Source: Octopus bimaculoides (Eukaryota). From it: 45,724 bases of DNA. The DNA lies in the NCBI RefSeq assembly GCF_001194135.2, contig NC_068982.1, forward strand, positions 144,943,528-144,989,251. The letters are read 5' to 3'. Under the pieces are notes generated by a model. That model ran no database searches and had not been told where the DNA came from. It was given only the letters and a program-made list of their open reading frames with translations. This document shows, one piece after another, positions 24,509-36,262 of this stretch (the first letter of the stretch is position 1; every line of letters begins with the position of its first letter). The position numbers and the translations under genes are program-made.

Positions 24509-24990
24509 AATGGAAGTGATATGGTGAACATTCAACTCTGAAAAGAAAAATCAAACAGCGTTTCAACTTTGTGTGAGTATATGTGTGTATGTGTGTGCGT
24601 GTACAAGGGAAGTATGTGAATGTATGTGTGAACCAGTGTTCTTTCAGTAGCAAACGATGATCGATATCACATCTCAAAAGATAACCACTAGATAACATTG
24701 ACAAGTGTATTAATTTGGTTTACCATCCATATTCTATCTGTTTTGTTAAAAATAATTATTAGAATCACACACACCTACACAAACATATACATATACAAAC
24801 TCATTAGAGAAAATAATTATTGCCTGAGTGTATCAAGGATATAAAACGACTGCAGTTGAAAGGTATATTACAATTTTGATAATAAAAGAATTATTAAACT
24901 AAAAACTTAGTTTTGTATTTTATTTATATATAAACTACTACAATTAGCCGTCATTTTTGACGACATGGGGCCAGCTAGTATAGTTATACT
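24330..24990. mobile_element. Unclassified microsatellite-carrying interspersed repeat with an internal ~140-bp core duplication
   Basis: Core gaaaaatcaaacagcgtttcaact...gtatgtgaatg occurs at 24403 and 24545. Homologous blocks lie in the same order at 36055-36510. Confidence 0.65.
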
Positions 24991-25474
24991 AGATTCAGGT
25001 AAACAGATGTCACGAGAAGCAACGACTTACTGCTGCAAGGAGAGAGAGAAATCTACAGTTTAACAGTATTTGATTCGATTATAATTAAAATCCTTTGGTA
25101 GTCTATATGAATATATTTTCAGTTAAAGATGTCTGTGGAGACATAATCGGATTATATAAATATGTAATATACACACACACACACACAAACGCACACCCAG
25201 AGAAATAGAGACACATATATAAATACATATGCATACATATATACATTCATGTGCATTTGTATACGTGTGCATGTGTGTTTTTATGTCTATATGTGTGTAT
25301 GTGTACATGTGTGTGTGTGTATACATCCCACCCACACATATATATCTACATGTATGAGTATGTGTATGTGCGTATATCTGTACGTTTGTTGGTTACTATC
25401 TCCGAACATCCCCATAATATTTTGAAACTGGAAATATGAATATTTTTATTAACTGATCTCGCTCTACTATATTC

Positions 25475-25598
25475 TATAGATGTTTTCGATCTAGTTTGGA
25501 TTCTTTCCTATCAAATTTGAATTCTTTGCAATCAAATTTGATGGCAAAGAATTCAAATTTGATGGCAAAGAATCCAAACTAGATCGAAAACATCTATA
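25475..25598. repeat. 124-bp spacerless palindrome (MITE-like, TA at both ends)
   Basis: The arms pair across the centre 25536|25537 with 3 mismatches. Internal subrepeat atcaaatttgaattctttg. Confidence 0.92.
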
Positions 25599-26382
25599 TC
25601 TGTTTATACGCTATTGTATCTGTGAATGCGTACGTTGATATTTTTATTTCGATTGCATATACAGGGTTCGAGAGTTATTTCAGGATATATTTGGGATGAT
25701 TTAGAAAAACATGTTTTTAAAATCTAATTTACGATGAAAGTAAACAAACAAAGTTTGTCTTTAGAAGCATTGAGATGTATTGTAAGATACAGAAACAAAT
25801 TTATTTCTCAAATGCGTGATAATACTATAAAATAGCGTGATCAGGATAAATTATCCATATAATGCAGAAAAATACGTTACCGGCCAGCCATTTAATTTAA
25901 TATAAGATAATTATGTATTATGATTGTGCAATTACACATTGGGTGCGTTTATCGTAACGAAACAGCTGTTGAGTGGAATAAAAGTATGAGTGATATGTGA
26001 AATGCTACTAAATATGTTTTAGCCGATTACGTATGTGCGGGCAAACCGGTCCCACACAGATTAACTGCAACTTAATTACATGTTGGAGTTTAAATATCTG
26101 TTATTTATTTGGTTTTTAATTACTGGAGATTTATTCTGGGATGTTTATCCATCAATTTTCTATATGTGTATATAAATATATATGTATGTATTGTATGTAT
26201 ATGTATCTCTCTCTACATATATTGACATACACACACAAGAGGAATTTGTGCGTGTGTGTACACACAGACGTGTGCTTATTTGCACACACAATGCTGTCAC
26301 AGGTACTTAAGTACTTTTACATTTATTTAAATAAATACAATTTTCGTTCACTTAGACTGCTACAAGTGTCTCCGGATTGTGT

Positions 26383-26676
<294 letters not shown>

Positions 26677-27362
26677 ATGTATATTTACTCTGAAAGAATC
26701 AATTCGGTTTAAGTTTGCCAATAGAATGCAGACCAATAAATTTAATTCTCCCATTGTTTTTAATTCTTTCTTAAAACAACAGATTGCATCTTTTGAATAC
26801 GAATTAATGTGGGCCAGTAGTGGCTTGGTCTGAGATCAGAGTGATGTTTGTTTTGGTGTTGGCGATGATGTTGATGATGTTACTGGTGGTGGTGGTGGTG
26901 GTGGTTGCGATAAATAATTTTCAAAACGTTATTGTTCTCAATACAGTTCTAGATACAATGAAAGCACCACACAAGGTCAGTATCTGACAACAACGTAAGT
27001 AGTATTTTCGCAGGCAAATCAGAACAATGCACTAATCGATGTTCTGTATGAATGAACGAATAAATGAATGAGGGAATAAAGGAATGACTTCTAAGAAAGA
27101 AAGAACTTCCAAAAACTAAATAAAAACATCTTCCTCCCACAAAAAAAATAAACAAAATACCAGAATAAGAAAACAACATGAAAAGCAGACAAAATATATG
27201 ACAACAATGAAATAGTCCAAATAATGATTGGACTAAGAAAGAAAAGTAAAAATAAATGAAAAAATAACAATAGAAAACAGAAGGAAGAGAAAAAGGTAGG
27301 AAGAGATAGGGGAATAGATAGATGGATGAGATAGAGATAAATACAGGTAGGGAAAGAGAAAG

Positions 27363-27393
<31 letters not shown>

Positions 27394-28475
27394 CAGATAG
27401 ATAGACAGACAGATAGATAGATAGATAGATAGATAGATGGAGAGAGAGTGAGAGAGAGAGAGGGAGATAGATAGAGATAGAGAGATAGATAAAAAGAGAT
27501 AGAAAGATAAAGACTTGATCAAAAACCTCGTTAAAATCCAAACGAAAAATAACACAAAAAAAGACAACTAACAAAAAAAGAAAAGAAAACAAAGAACTTA
27601 ACTTTATAATTTTTAATTGGAACTTAACAAAACATGACCAAAACTTCTGCNNNNNNNNNNNNNNNNNNNNNNNNNNNNNNNNNNNNNNNNNNNNNNNNNN
27701 NNNNNNNNNNNNNNNNNNNNNNNNNNNNNNNNNNNNNNNNNNNNNNNNNNNNNNNNNNNNNNNNNNNNNNNNNNNNNNNNNNNNNNNNNNNNNNNNNNNN
27801 NNNNNNNNNNNNNNNNNNNNNNNNNNNNNNNNNNNNNNNNNNNNNNNNNNNNNNNNNNNNNNNNNNNNNNNNNNNNNNNNNNNNNNNNNNNNNNNNNNNN
27901 NNNNNNNNNNNNNNNNNNNNNNNNNNNNNNNNNNNNNNNNNNNNNNNNNNNNNNNNNNNNNNNNNNNNNNNNNNNNNNNNNNNNNNNNNNNNNNNNNNNN
28001 NNNNNNNNNNNNNNNNNNNNNNNNNNNNNNNNNNNNNNNNNNNNNNNNNNNNNNNNNNNNNNNNNNNNNNNNNNNNNNNNNNNNNNNNNNNNNNNNNNNN
28101 NNNNNNNNNNNNNNNNNNNNNNNNNNNNNNNNNNNNNNNNNNNNNNNNNNNNNNNNNNNNNNNNNNNNNNNNNNNNNNNNNNNNNNNNNNNNNNNNNNNN
28201 NNNNNNNNNNNNNNNNNNNNNNNNNNNNNNNNNNNNNNNNNNNNNNNNNNNNNNNNNNNNNNNNNNNNNNNNNNNNNNNNNNNNNNNNNNNNNNNNNNNN
28301 NNNNNNNNNNNNNNNNNNNNNNNNNNNNNNNNNNNNNNNNNNNNNNNNNNNNNNNNNNNNNNNNNNNNNNNNNNNNNNNNNNNNNNNNNNNNNNNNNNNN
28401 NNNNNNNNNNNNNNNNNNNNNNNNNNNNNNNNNNNNNNNNNNNNNNNNNNNNNNNNNNNNNNNNNNNNNNNNNNN

Positions 28476-28511
<36 letters not shown>

Positions 28512-28526
28512 ACACACACACACACG

Positions 28527-28561
<35 letters not shown>

Positions 28562-29991
28562 ATGGATGTATTTATACATGTATGTATATGTGCACGTGTA
28601 TATGCATAAATATATACATATACATGTACATACAAAGTAGTGATTGTGAAATGGAGTGGGAAATAGAAAATGCTTCATCATGAATATGACAGATGCATGC
28701 AAGTGAAAGACCAAAGCTGAAAGTAAAGATGAAATCCCCACCGAGTTATAAGAAAAATAGCAGCTGTATGGCTGGTTGATGCTGTTAACGCTGTATCCAG
28801 CTTATTGTAGTGGCTGCACGGATGAAAGAGAGAAAATAAATTACAGTGTGGTCCAAAAGGACAAGGATACTTCTTGGAAATGTGCTTCAATTCCCGCCCA
28901 ATTAGACAGCGGAGCTCAAATGACATAGCTGATTCTTATTAGTGCAGAAGTTTAGTATCATTGGAGCATATTCTGGCAGCCTGTAAATCACCCACTACAG
29001 ACTATGCCTGGTGGCATAACCAAGTCTTGAATATTCCTACTGGGTCACTAAAACAATAACACTGCAACATTAATGCAATGAGACCCAACACAAAATTGCA
29101 CCTTGTTATTTTCTACAAAGAGGTAGAGGAAAAATAATACGGGAGTGTAAACAATTAAGTTCAATAGCCAGACTTTTGTGTGGTGGTAATGATTGGGAAG
29201 TGAAAGTAAATTTGAAGAGCTTTTATTCCCAAATCATATTGTATTAAATGATGCAATGCCTTAACCTTATGGCTTGGACTGATTTGATAAAAATGATTTT
29301 ATTGCCGAGTCTACGATGGTTTGGAGAAACAACTACAGGGGCGTTTGGACATATGAATGATTTAGTGAATCGTGTGAGACGCGTTGATTCCCCTAGGGGT
29401 GTGGTTAAGTCGTTTCTAATTAGATCCGCTATGGCTGACATTAGACTTAGGAAAAATAGCAGAACTGCTGAGGTAAACAGAAAATGTTTCAACATGCTTC
29501 TAAGGAAGATGCACTTTAGAAAAACACTCAAATTGAGTTTAAAGAACAAATCCCTAGAGTCTAGAGAATCAGAATAGTTACTGCATGATCGAAGTTGTTA
29601 CAGCTATACATGACTTTTCGAGGTGGCTGTATGGATGACAGAGCTCGAAGCGTGCTACAGGGTAGCCTAAAAGAACACAAACATTCCTTGGTAGCATCAA
29701 GGCTGCTCGGCATCAATGAGACGATACTCTCAGGGAGTAACGAAATCGTTGTGATCTCTAGTCGAGGCAGTATTTAGTTAACATAACTATCTATATATAT
29801 CATACTTAATGTATACACACTCGATAGTTCAGTTGGTGCAGTATTTTTCCTGAGATGATAACTCTTAAGAATCCTCTGTGTTTAAAACACAAGGATTATC
29901 AGAGACAAACGGAAATTCGTCCCATCAGTGGCCAGCGAAAAAGCCAATTGCATTTCAGCCTTTTCAGTGGCGTGCACTCGCATCTATCTGT

Positions 29992-30157
29992 GGCGGTGCA
30001 ATGGGCCCAGTGGTTAGGGCAGCGAACTCGCGGTCATAGGATCGCGGTTTCGATTCCCAGACTGGGCGTTGTGAGTGTTTATTGAGCGAAAACACCTAAA
30101 GCTCCACGAGGCTCCGGCAGGGGATGGTGGCGAACCCTGCTGTACTCTTTCACCACA
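29992..30157 (+). mobile_element. tRNA-derived SINE with clear Pol III boxes, tail-to-tail with the family B copy
   Basis: A box tgggcccagtgg, B box gtttcgattccc, CORE-like ttgagcgaaaacacctaaagctccac. Confidence 0.8.
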
Positions 30158-30173
30158 TCTATCTATCTATCTA

Positions 30174-30568
30174 TTTACTCTTTTACTCTTTTACTTATTT
30201 CAGTCATTTGACTGTGGCCATGCTGGAGCACCGCCTTTAGTCGAGCAAATTGACCCCATGACTTATTCTTTGTAAGTCTAGTACTTATTCTATCGCTCTA
30301 TTTCGCCGAACCGCTAAGTTACGGAGACGTAAACACACCAGCATCGGTTGTCAAGCGATGTTGGGGAGACAAACACAGACACACACACATACATATACAT
30401 ATATACGACGGGCTTCTTTCAGTTTCCGTCTACCAAATCCACTCACAAGGCTTTGGTCAGCCTGAGGCTATAGTAGAAGACACTTGCCCAAGATACTATG
30501 CAGTGGGACTGAACCCAAAACCATGTGCTTCGTAAGCAAGCTACTTACCACACAGCCACTCATACGCC
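30174..30568 (-). mobile_element. Family B SINE, near full length
   Basis: Head gagtggctgtgtggtaagtagc...gggttcagtcccactgc, CORE ttgggcaagtgtcttctactatagcc, tail ggcggtgctccagcatggccacagtcaaatgactgaaa(taagtaaaagag)n. Confidence 0.92.
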
Positions 30569-30582
30569 TATAAAAATTAACG

Positions 30583-30622
30583 TTCCCATGCCGGGAATCG
30601 AACCCGGGCCGCCAGGAATCCT
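30583..30622 (-). pseudogene. tRNA-Glu fragment (3' half, anticodon loop deleted) followed by a Pol III terminator
   Basis: AGGATTCCTGG-CGGCCCGGGTTCGATTCCCGGCATGGGAA matches metazoan tRNA-Glu with TTTTCACCCAGG (or similar) missing. TTTTT at 30576-30572. No CCA. Confidence 0.8.
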
Positions 30623-31377
30623 CTATACATACATACACATAATTATACATGCTTAAATAATTATTGGTATATGTGTATATTTTCCTTATAATTATTAAAT
30701 TTCAAAATCAAATTTCTAATTCTACTAAATGCTATGGAGAAATGATTATCTCCCTTGTAATTCCCGCGACCACGAGGGGAATCACACGTATTTGAAAAGA
30801 TTTAGCTATGATTTCGTGCAGATTTGTTTAAACCGTCGTCGATGTCAAAGTGTTATGTTTATAAATAAATGTCTGTTTTACAACAGCGAAAGGTTACTGC
30901 TTTGAAATAAGCGCTTGAAACAAATATCTACATCACCAAAGAATATATCAGAAAACGGCTTGTGAAGTTGTTTGTAGCTAACACTGAAATTATTGGTTGC
31001 TACTTGACATTTACATAAATTAGAATTCCTTAGATACAGTTATTATCTAAAGACAAAAAACTTTCTGTCTTTTCTTTCGATTGGAGAAAAAGAAATTGCG
31101 AATTCCGCGAACATCATCTAAATTCTAATTTTTCCCACGTTTAATAAAACGTCTCACTTTATAGATTTTTCACCTAATAAGTCAGAAGTAATAACCTGCT
31201 GACGATTGAAATTACTGACGACTATAAATTTTAAGAACTTCGTAATTAAAAAAAAAATGAATTTTTATGCATTTCTTCCTTATAATTCCTTAATTTTAAA
31301 TTCACATTATTAATCCCGTCAAGTATTATGAAGTGATTATCTGCCTTGTAATACCTGCGATTACCAGGGTAAACCAC

Positions 31378-31446
<69 letters not shown>

Positions 31447-31450
<4 letters not shown>

Positions 31451-31765
31451 CACACTCATATCATCTGGCTCGGCCAGGATGTCTGGTGCAGAGTCGGCTC
31501 TGCTGGCCACAGCATTCGTTTCATTCCCCTCGTATTCTCGCCATTCTCTTCTACGTTGTTCCAAACATTTCTCTTCCCACCAGATTGGAGGTCTTTCGAG
31601 TCGTCTCTTCGCTCACGGTGGGTACCACTCGACAACTATACGGCTCCACCGATTGTCTGTGAGGCTTGAGACATGACCGGCCCATTGTAGCTTTGCGTAG
31701 TGTTATTCTGCGACGATGTCCTTCACTCAAGTTCTATCCCTGATCTCGTTCGGGATGTGATCTCT
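31447..31765 (-). mobile_element. RTE-1-like LINE 3' end
   Basis: VKDIVAE*HYAKLQWAGHVSSLTDNRWSRIVVEWYPP*AKRRLERPPIWW matches the RTE C-terminal WAGHV.R..DNRW...V.EW.P...KR..GRP..RW. Confidence 0.85.
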
Positions 31766-31772
31766 TAGAGAT

Positions 31773-31818
<46 letters not shown>

Positions 31819-31828
31819 NNNNNNNNNN

Positions 31829-31865
<37 letters not shown>

Positions 31866-31879
31866 ACATACATACATAG

Positions 31880-32040
31880 TTCAAATTTACAGGAAACAAA
31901 AGACGAAGACAAGTGTATGGGCAAGAAACAGATATATTAGTTTAACGAACGTTTCGAGCCCACGCTCTTCGACAGAACGGATCAAGAGAAAAGAAAGAGA
32001 GAATGAAAAAAAAAAAAAAAACGGAGAGAGAAAAATGTGT
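31880..32040 (-). mobile_element. Pseudo-LTR-like repeat with a degenerate hammerhead motif (31975-31948)
   Basis: CTGTCGA-A-GAGC GTGG GCTC-GAAACGTT. Core position 6 is T rather than A, and stem I does not pair. Confidence 0.5.
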
Positions 32041-32288
32041 AGGGAATAACGGTTCAACATGAAAAAGCCAGAATATATATAAGTACATACATTAAAGAAA
32101 TAAATATATATAAGTACATATAAATGCACACACACACACACACACACACACATTTTCACACATATAAACACGTGGTACATAAACACGCATTGTCACGGAG
32201 CATGCTGTATTTCTAAAATTAAAGACAACACGCTTGAAACGGGAATCTCAGAACATCGATTCAAGAACTGTGGATTTGCTTGTTTTAC

Positions 32289-32439
32289 CTTTTGTTTTGC
32301 TTTGACTCTTTGTTGCTGGATGGAAGTATTTTCACCAATTGCTTTGCTGCCCCAAAGTTCTTTTCCCAGGAACGTGTATGTGACAATTAGAATAAACATG
32401 GGCAGAAAATAGTTGACAATGATCAAGAAAATGTTGTAT
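32289..32439 (-). CDS. TACR: Tachykinin receptor exon (TM5 + ICL3), 151 bp, equivalent to vertebrate TACR exon 3
   Basis: Acceptor tctctttacAG|A TAC AAC ATT; donor CAA AAG|GTAAAA. Starts after a phase-2 intron and ends at phase 0. Translates YNIFLIIVNYFLPMFILIVTYTFLGKELWGSKAIGENTSIQQQRVKAKQK. Confidence 0.93.
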
Positions 32440-32536
32440 CTGTAAAGAGACGAATAGACAAATTGGAGGAATGAAAAGAGGGAACAAAAATATATATATA
32501 TATAGAAAAATGGTGCTTTCTCTTTATCGATTCATT

Positions 32537-32585
<49 letters not shown>

Positions 32586-33120
32586 TCCCTGTCATACATA
32601 CATACACACACACACATGCATTGACACATACATACACACACATATGTACATATATTGTATCTCTATATCTGTGAATACGTATATGTATGAAATGCGTGAG
32701 TGTGAGTATATGTGTATATATATATGTATATAAAGTGTAGTATATTGCCACTTAAGTGTGGCTGACCCCTAGGGGTGGATGTTACTGTTGCTTTTAGCCC
32801 CAGGAGGACATCTCCTCCAGCTGGCTTATCGACACATATATATGTATANNNNNNNNNNNNNNNNNNNNNNNNNNNNNNNNNNNNNNNNNNNNNNNNNNNN
32901 NNNNNNNNNNNNNNNNNNNNNNNNNNNNNNNNNNNNNNNNNNNNNNNNNNNNNNNNNNNNNNNNNNNNNNNNNNNNNNNNNNNNNNNNNNNNNNNNNNNN
33001 NNNNNNNNNNNNNNNNNNNNNNNNNNNNNNNNNNNNNNNNNNNNNNNNNNNNNNNNNNNNNNNNNNNNNNNNNNNNNNNNNNNNATATATATGTAACTAT
33101 CTATCTATCTATCTATCTAT

Positions 33121-34141
33121 CTAGTCACTCAAGCCCAGCAAAAGTCACCTGTGGTATTCCGCAGGAAACTGCCTGGGTCCCGCTTCTGTTTATAGTTTAT
33201 ATAAATGACATTTCAGACATTTCAAGCGTTTTCAAACAAAGCAAAGTGAAAATATTCGCCGATGACTCCAAGCTCCAGAAAATTATCAACTGAGAAGACC
33301 GAACTGAACTCCAGTCTGACCTACATACTGTAAGTCAATGGGCAGACAAAAGCAAAATGCATTTTGGAAAAAAAGACTATGTTAAAACAAATATATTCTT
33401 TTCTTTCAAGGGAACCACTCACAGCATCTAATAATATTAGAGATCTAGGAGTAACTGTTGACAGCAATCTCAGATGGAGTGCCCACGTCAACAATAAGGT
33501 CGATATAGCTCGTAGGATGAGCTCCTGGATCCTAAGAACCTTCTCGTCCAGAAAACAAGGTGTCATGATTCTTCTTTACTCCTCCTTAGTACGGCCACAC
33601 TTCGAATACTGCTGTCCCCTGTGGTCTCCCCACACAAAACAAAACATTTCGAAAACTGAATCACCCCAGAGGGTATTCGCTAAAAGAATTAAGGGCATGA
33701 CTGATCTCGATTATTGGGGACCGCCTTAAAGCATTGAAACTCTATTCTTTCCAGCGCCACAGCATTACACAAACGACCTCAAAATTAGTTTCAGAATTCA
33801 CCCAAGGTTAGAACTACGGGCCATACGTCCCCTACTCAATTCGGGATCACAACACATAAATACACTGCAGCACATTTTCTTTTCCTCAGCAAGTCTTGCC
33901 CTATTTAACATTGTCCCAAAACAGATCAAAGAAGAAAAGGATCCCATCACTTTTAAACGGAATCTGGACAAATTTCTTCAAGGAATACCAGATAAGCCAC
34001 CTATACCTGAATACAACTCATTCAACAAGAACTCTCTACTCGAATGGGCCATGATACAACAAAACTTGACTTAAAAAGGATTTAGCACATCCTATCAGGT
34101 GGTGCTATTTAGACATGGCTTGGACCAATCTTTGGTCGAAA
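33121..34141 (+). mobile_element. 5'-truncated CR1/L2-group LINE (RT domains 4-7 to 3' UTR), decayed
   Basis: CGIPQETAWVPLLFIVYINDI...KIFADDSK...RDLGVTVDSNLRWSAHV...LYSSLVRPHFEYCCPLWSPH...LFNIVPKQIK...FKRNLDKFLQGIPDKP. Confidence 0.92.
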
Positions 34142-34604
34142 CTTTTCTATGTATGTATGTATGTATGTATGTATGTATGTATCTATCTATCTGTCTGTCN
34201 NNNNNNNNNNNNNNNNNNNNNNNNNNNNNNNNNNNNNNNNNNNNNNNNNNNNNNNNNNNNNNNNNNNNNNNNNNNNNNNNNNNNNNNNNNNNNNNNNNNN
34301 NNNNNNNNNNNNNNNNNNNNNNNNNNNNNNNNNNNNNNNNNNNNNNNNNNNNNNNNNNNNNNNNNNNNNNNNNNNNNNNNNNNNNNNNNNNNNNNNNNNN
34401 NNNNNNNNNNNNNNNNNNNNNNNNNNNNNNNNNNNNNNNNNNNNNNNNNNNNNNNNNNNNNNNNNNNNNNNNNNNNNNNNNNNNNNNNNNNNNNNNNNNN
34501 NNNNNNNNNNNNNNNNNNNNNNNNNNNNNNNNNNNNNNNNNNNNNNNNNNNNNNNNNNNNNNNNNNNNNNNNNNNNNATATATATATATATAATAATAAA
34601 ATAA

Positions 34605-34921
34605 GATAAGTCAACAAGAAGGAGTACGGTTGGACAGTTATTTTTCTATCACTACCAACTTTTGCATACAACATAGTTCTTCATATATACAGGAATTTGA
34701 TTATGCAACGGTTTACCTGTATAATGGGATCTAGTTGTACTTCTTCAGGTGATATTCAATTGTTGCCCCCGAATATCACCTGAAGAAATACTACTGGATC
34801 CCATTATACAGGTAAACCGTTGCATGATCAAACTCCTGTACATATGAAAAACTATGTTGTATGGAAACATGTGTAGTGATTAAAAAATAACTGTCTGACC
34901 GTACTCCTTGTTGACTCTATC
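34605..34921. repeat. Long foldback: 153-bp and 151-bp inverted arms, 13-nt spacer, each arm a hammerhead-bearing pseudo-LTR-like unit
   Basis: The reverse complement of 34771-34921 aligns along the whole of 34605-34757 with scattered substitutions and small indels. Confidence 0.95.
34775..34880 (+). ncRNA. Type-I hammerhead ribozyme motif with intact core and 77-nt stem II domain
   Basis: Stem I ATCAC/GTGAT; CTGAAGA 34780-34786; GAAAC 34864-34868; ATGT loop; GTA with predicted cut 3' of 34875. The stem II base pairs atactac/gttgtat (one mismatch) but is closed by A.G. Confidence 0.65.
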
Positions 34922-35752
34922 GTATTCAATTTTTATTTTCACACACGACGAATACCCAAACCTAGACTTGGAAGTATATCGTAATACTACCGGCTATTTG
35001 GCAATTCTATGGTTGAACGAGGTCTATTTTTTACTCTGCTACGTTCCTATGGAATGTACCTTAAATTATATATATGAATACTAGAAATGAGGAGTAGATA
35101 GACAGCCGAAAGCCGATGAAGGGTCGTTCTTTGTGTTACTTGTCCTGTTTTGCATTTTCTTTCTCGTTGTTTGCGTATTTTAACTCATTTGTTTTCGTAC
35201 TTCATATTGTTTACTGTTGGTGACGGTCAATACCCATATATGCCTATATATATATGTATGNNNNNNNNNNNNNNNNNNNNNNNNNNNNNNNNNNNNNNNN
35301 NNNNNNNNNNNNNNNNNNNNNNNNNNNNNNNNNNNNNNNNNNNNNNNNNNNNNNNNNNNNNNNNNNNNNNNNNNNNNNNNNNNNNNNNNNNNNNNNNNNN
35401 NNNNNNNNNNNNNNNNNNNNNNNNNNNNNNNNNNNNNNNNNNNNNNNNNNNNNNNNNNNNNNNNNNNNNNNNNNNNNNNNNNNNNNNNNNNNNNNNNNNN
35501 NNNNNNNNNNNNNNNNNNNNNNNNNNNNNNNNNNNNNNNNNNNNNNNNNNNNNNNNNNNNNNNNNNNNNNNNNNNNNNNNNNNNNNNNNNNNNNNNNNNN
35601 NNNNNNNNNNNNNNNNNNNNNNNNNNNNNNNNNNNNNNNNNNNNNNNNNNNNNNNNNNNNNNNNNNNNNNNNNNNNNNNNNNNNNNNNNNNNNNNNNNNN
35701 NNNNNNNNNNNNNNNNNNNNNNNNNNNNNNNNNNNNNNNNNNNNNNNNNNNN

Positions 35753-35892
35753 TGAACAAATAAATGAAAGATAATAAGAACGCCAGATATTCAAAACTAG
35801 AAAAAAAAATTTTAACATAATATGGTAAAATTAAACGAAAATAAAGATAAAAATAAAAACAAATCTTCAACAAGTAAAACAGTAGAACGGCT

Positions 35893-35929
<37 letters not shown>

Positions 35930-36191
35930 TATCAGTGAAGGGAGAGGAGAGAAAAATAATACAGTGAAGGAGAGGCGGAGAGAGTAATAGCCATGACTGA
36001 CAGTGTGAGAGAAAGTAATGACCGTTTGAGAAAGAAGAACGCGGAGTGTATCTTCTGTTCTCAACATATGAATGAGAAAGGAAGGGTCGAATAAAGTAAA
36101 AGACAGCCGTTCAACTCTGTGTGAGTATATGTGTATACGTGTGTATATGAAAAAGGGAGGTATGTGAATGCCTGTGTGTGTATGCGTGTGC

Positions 36192-36262
<71 letters not shown>

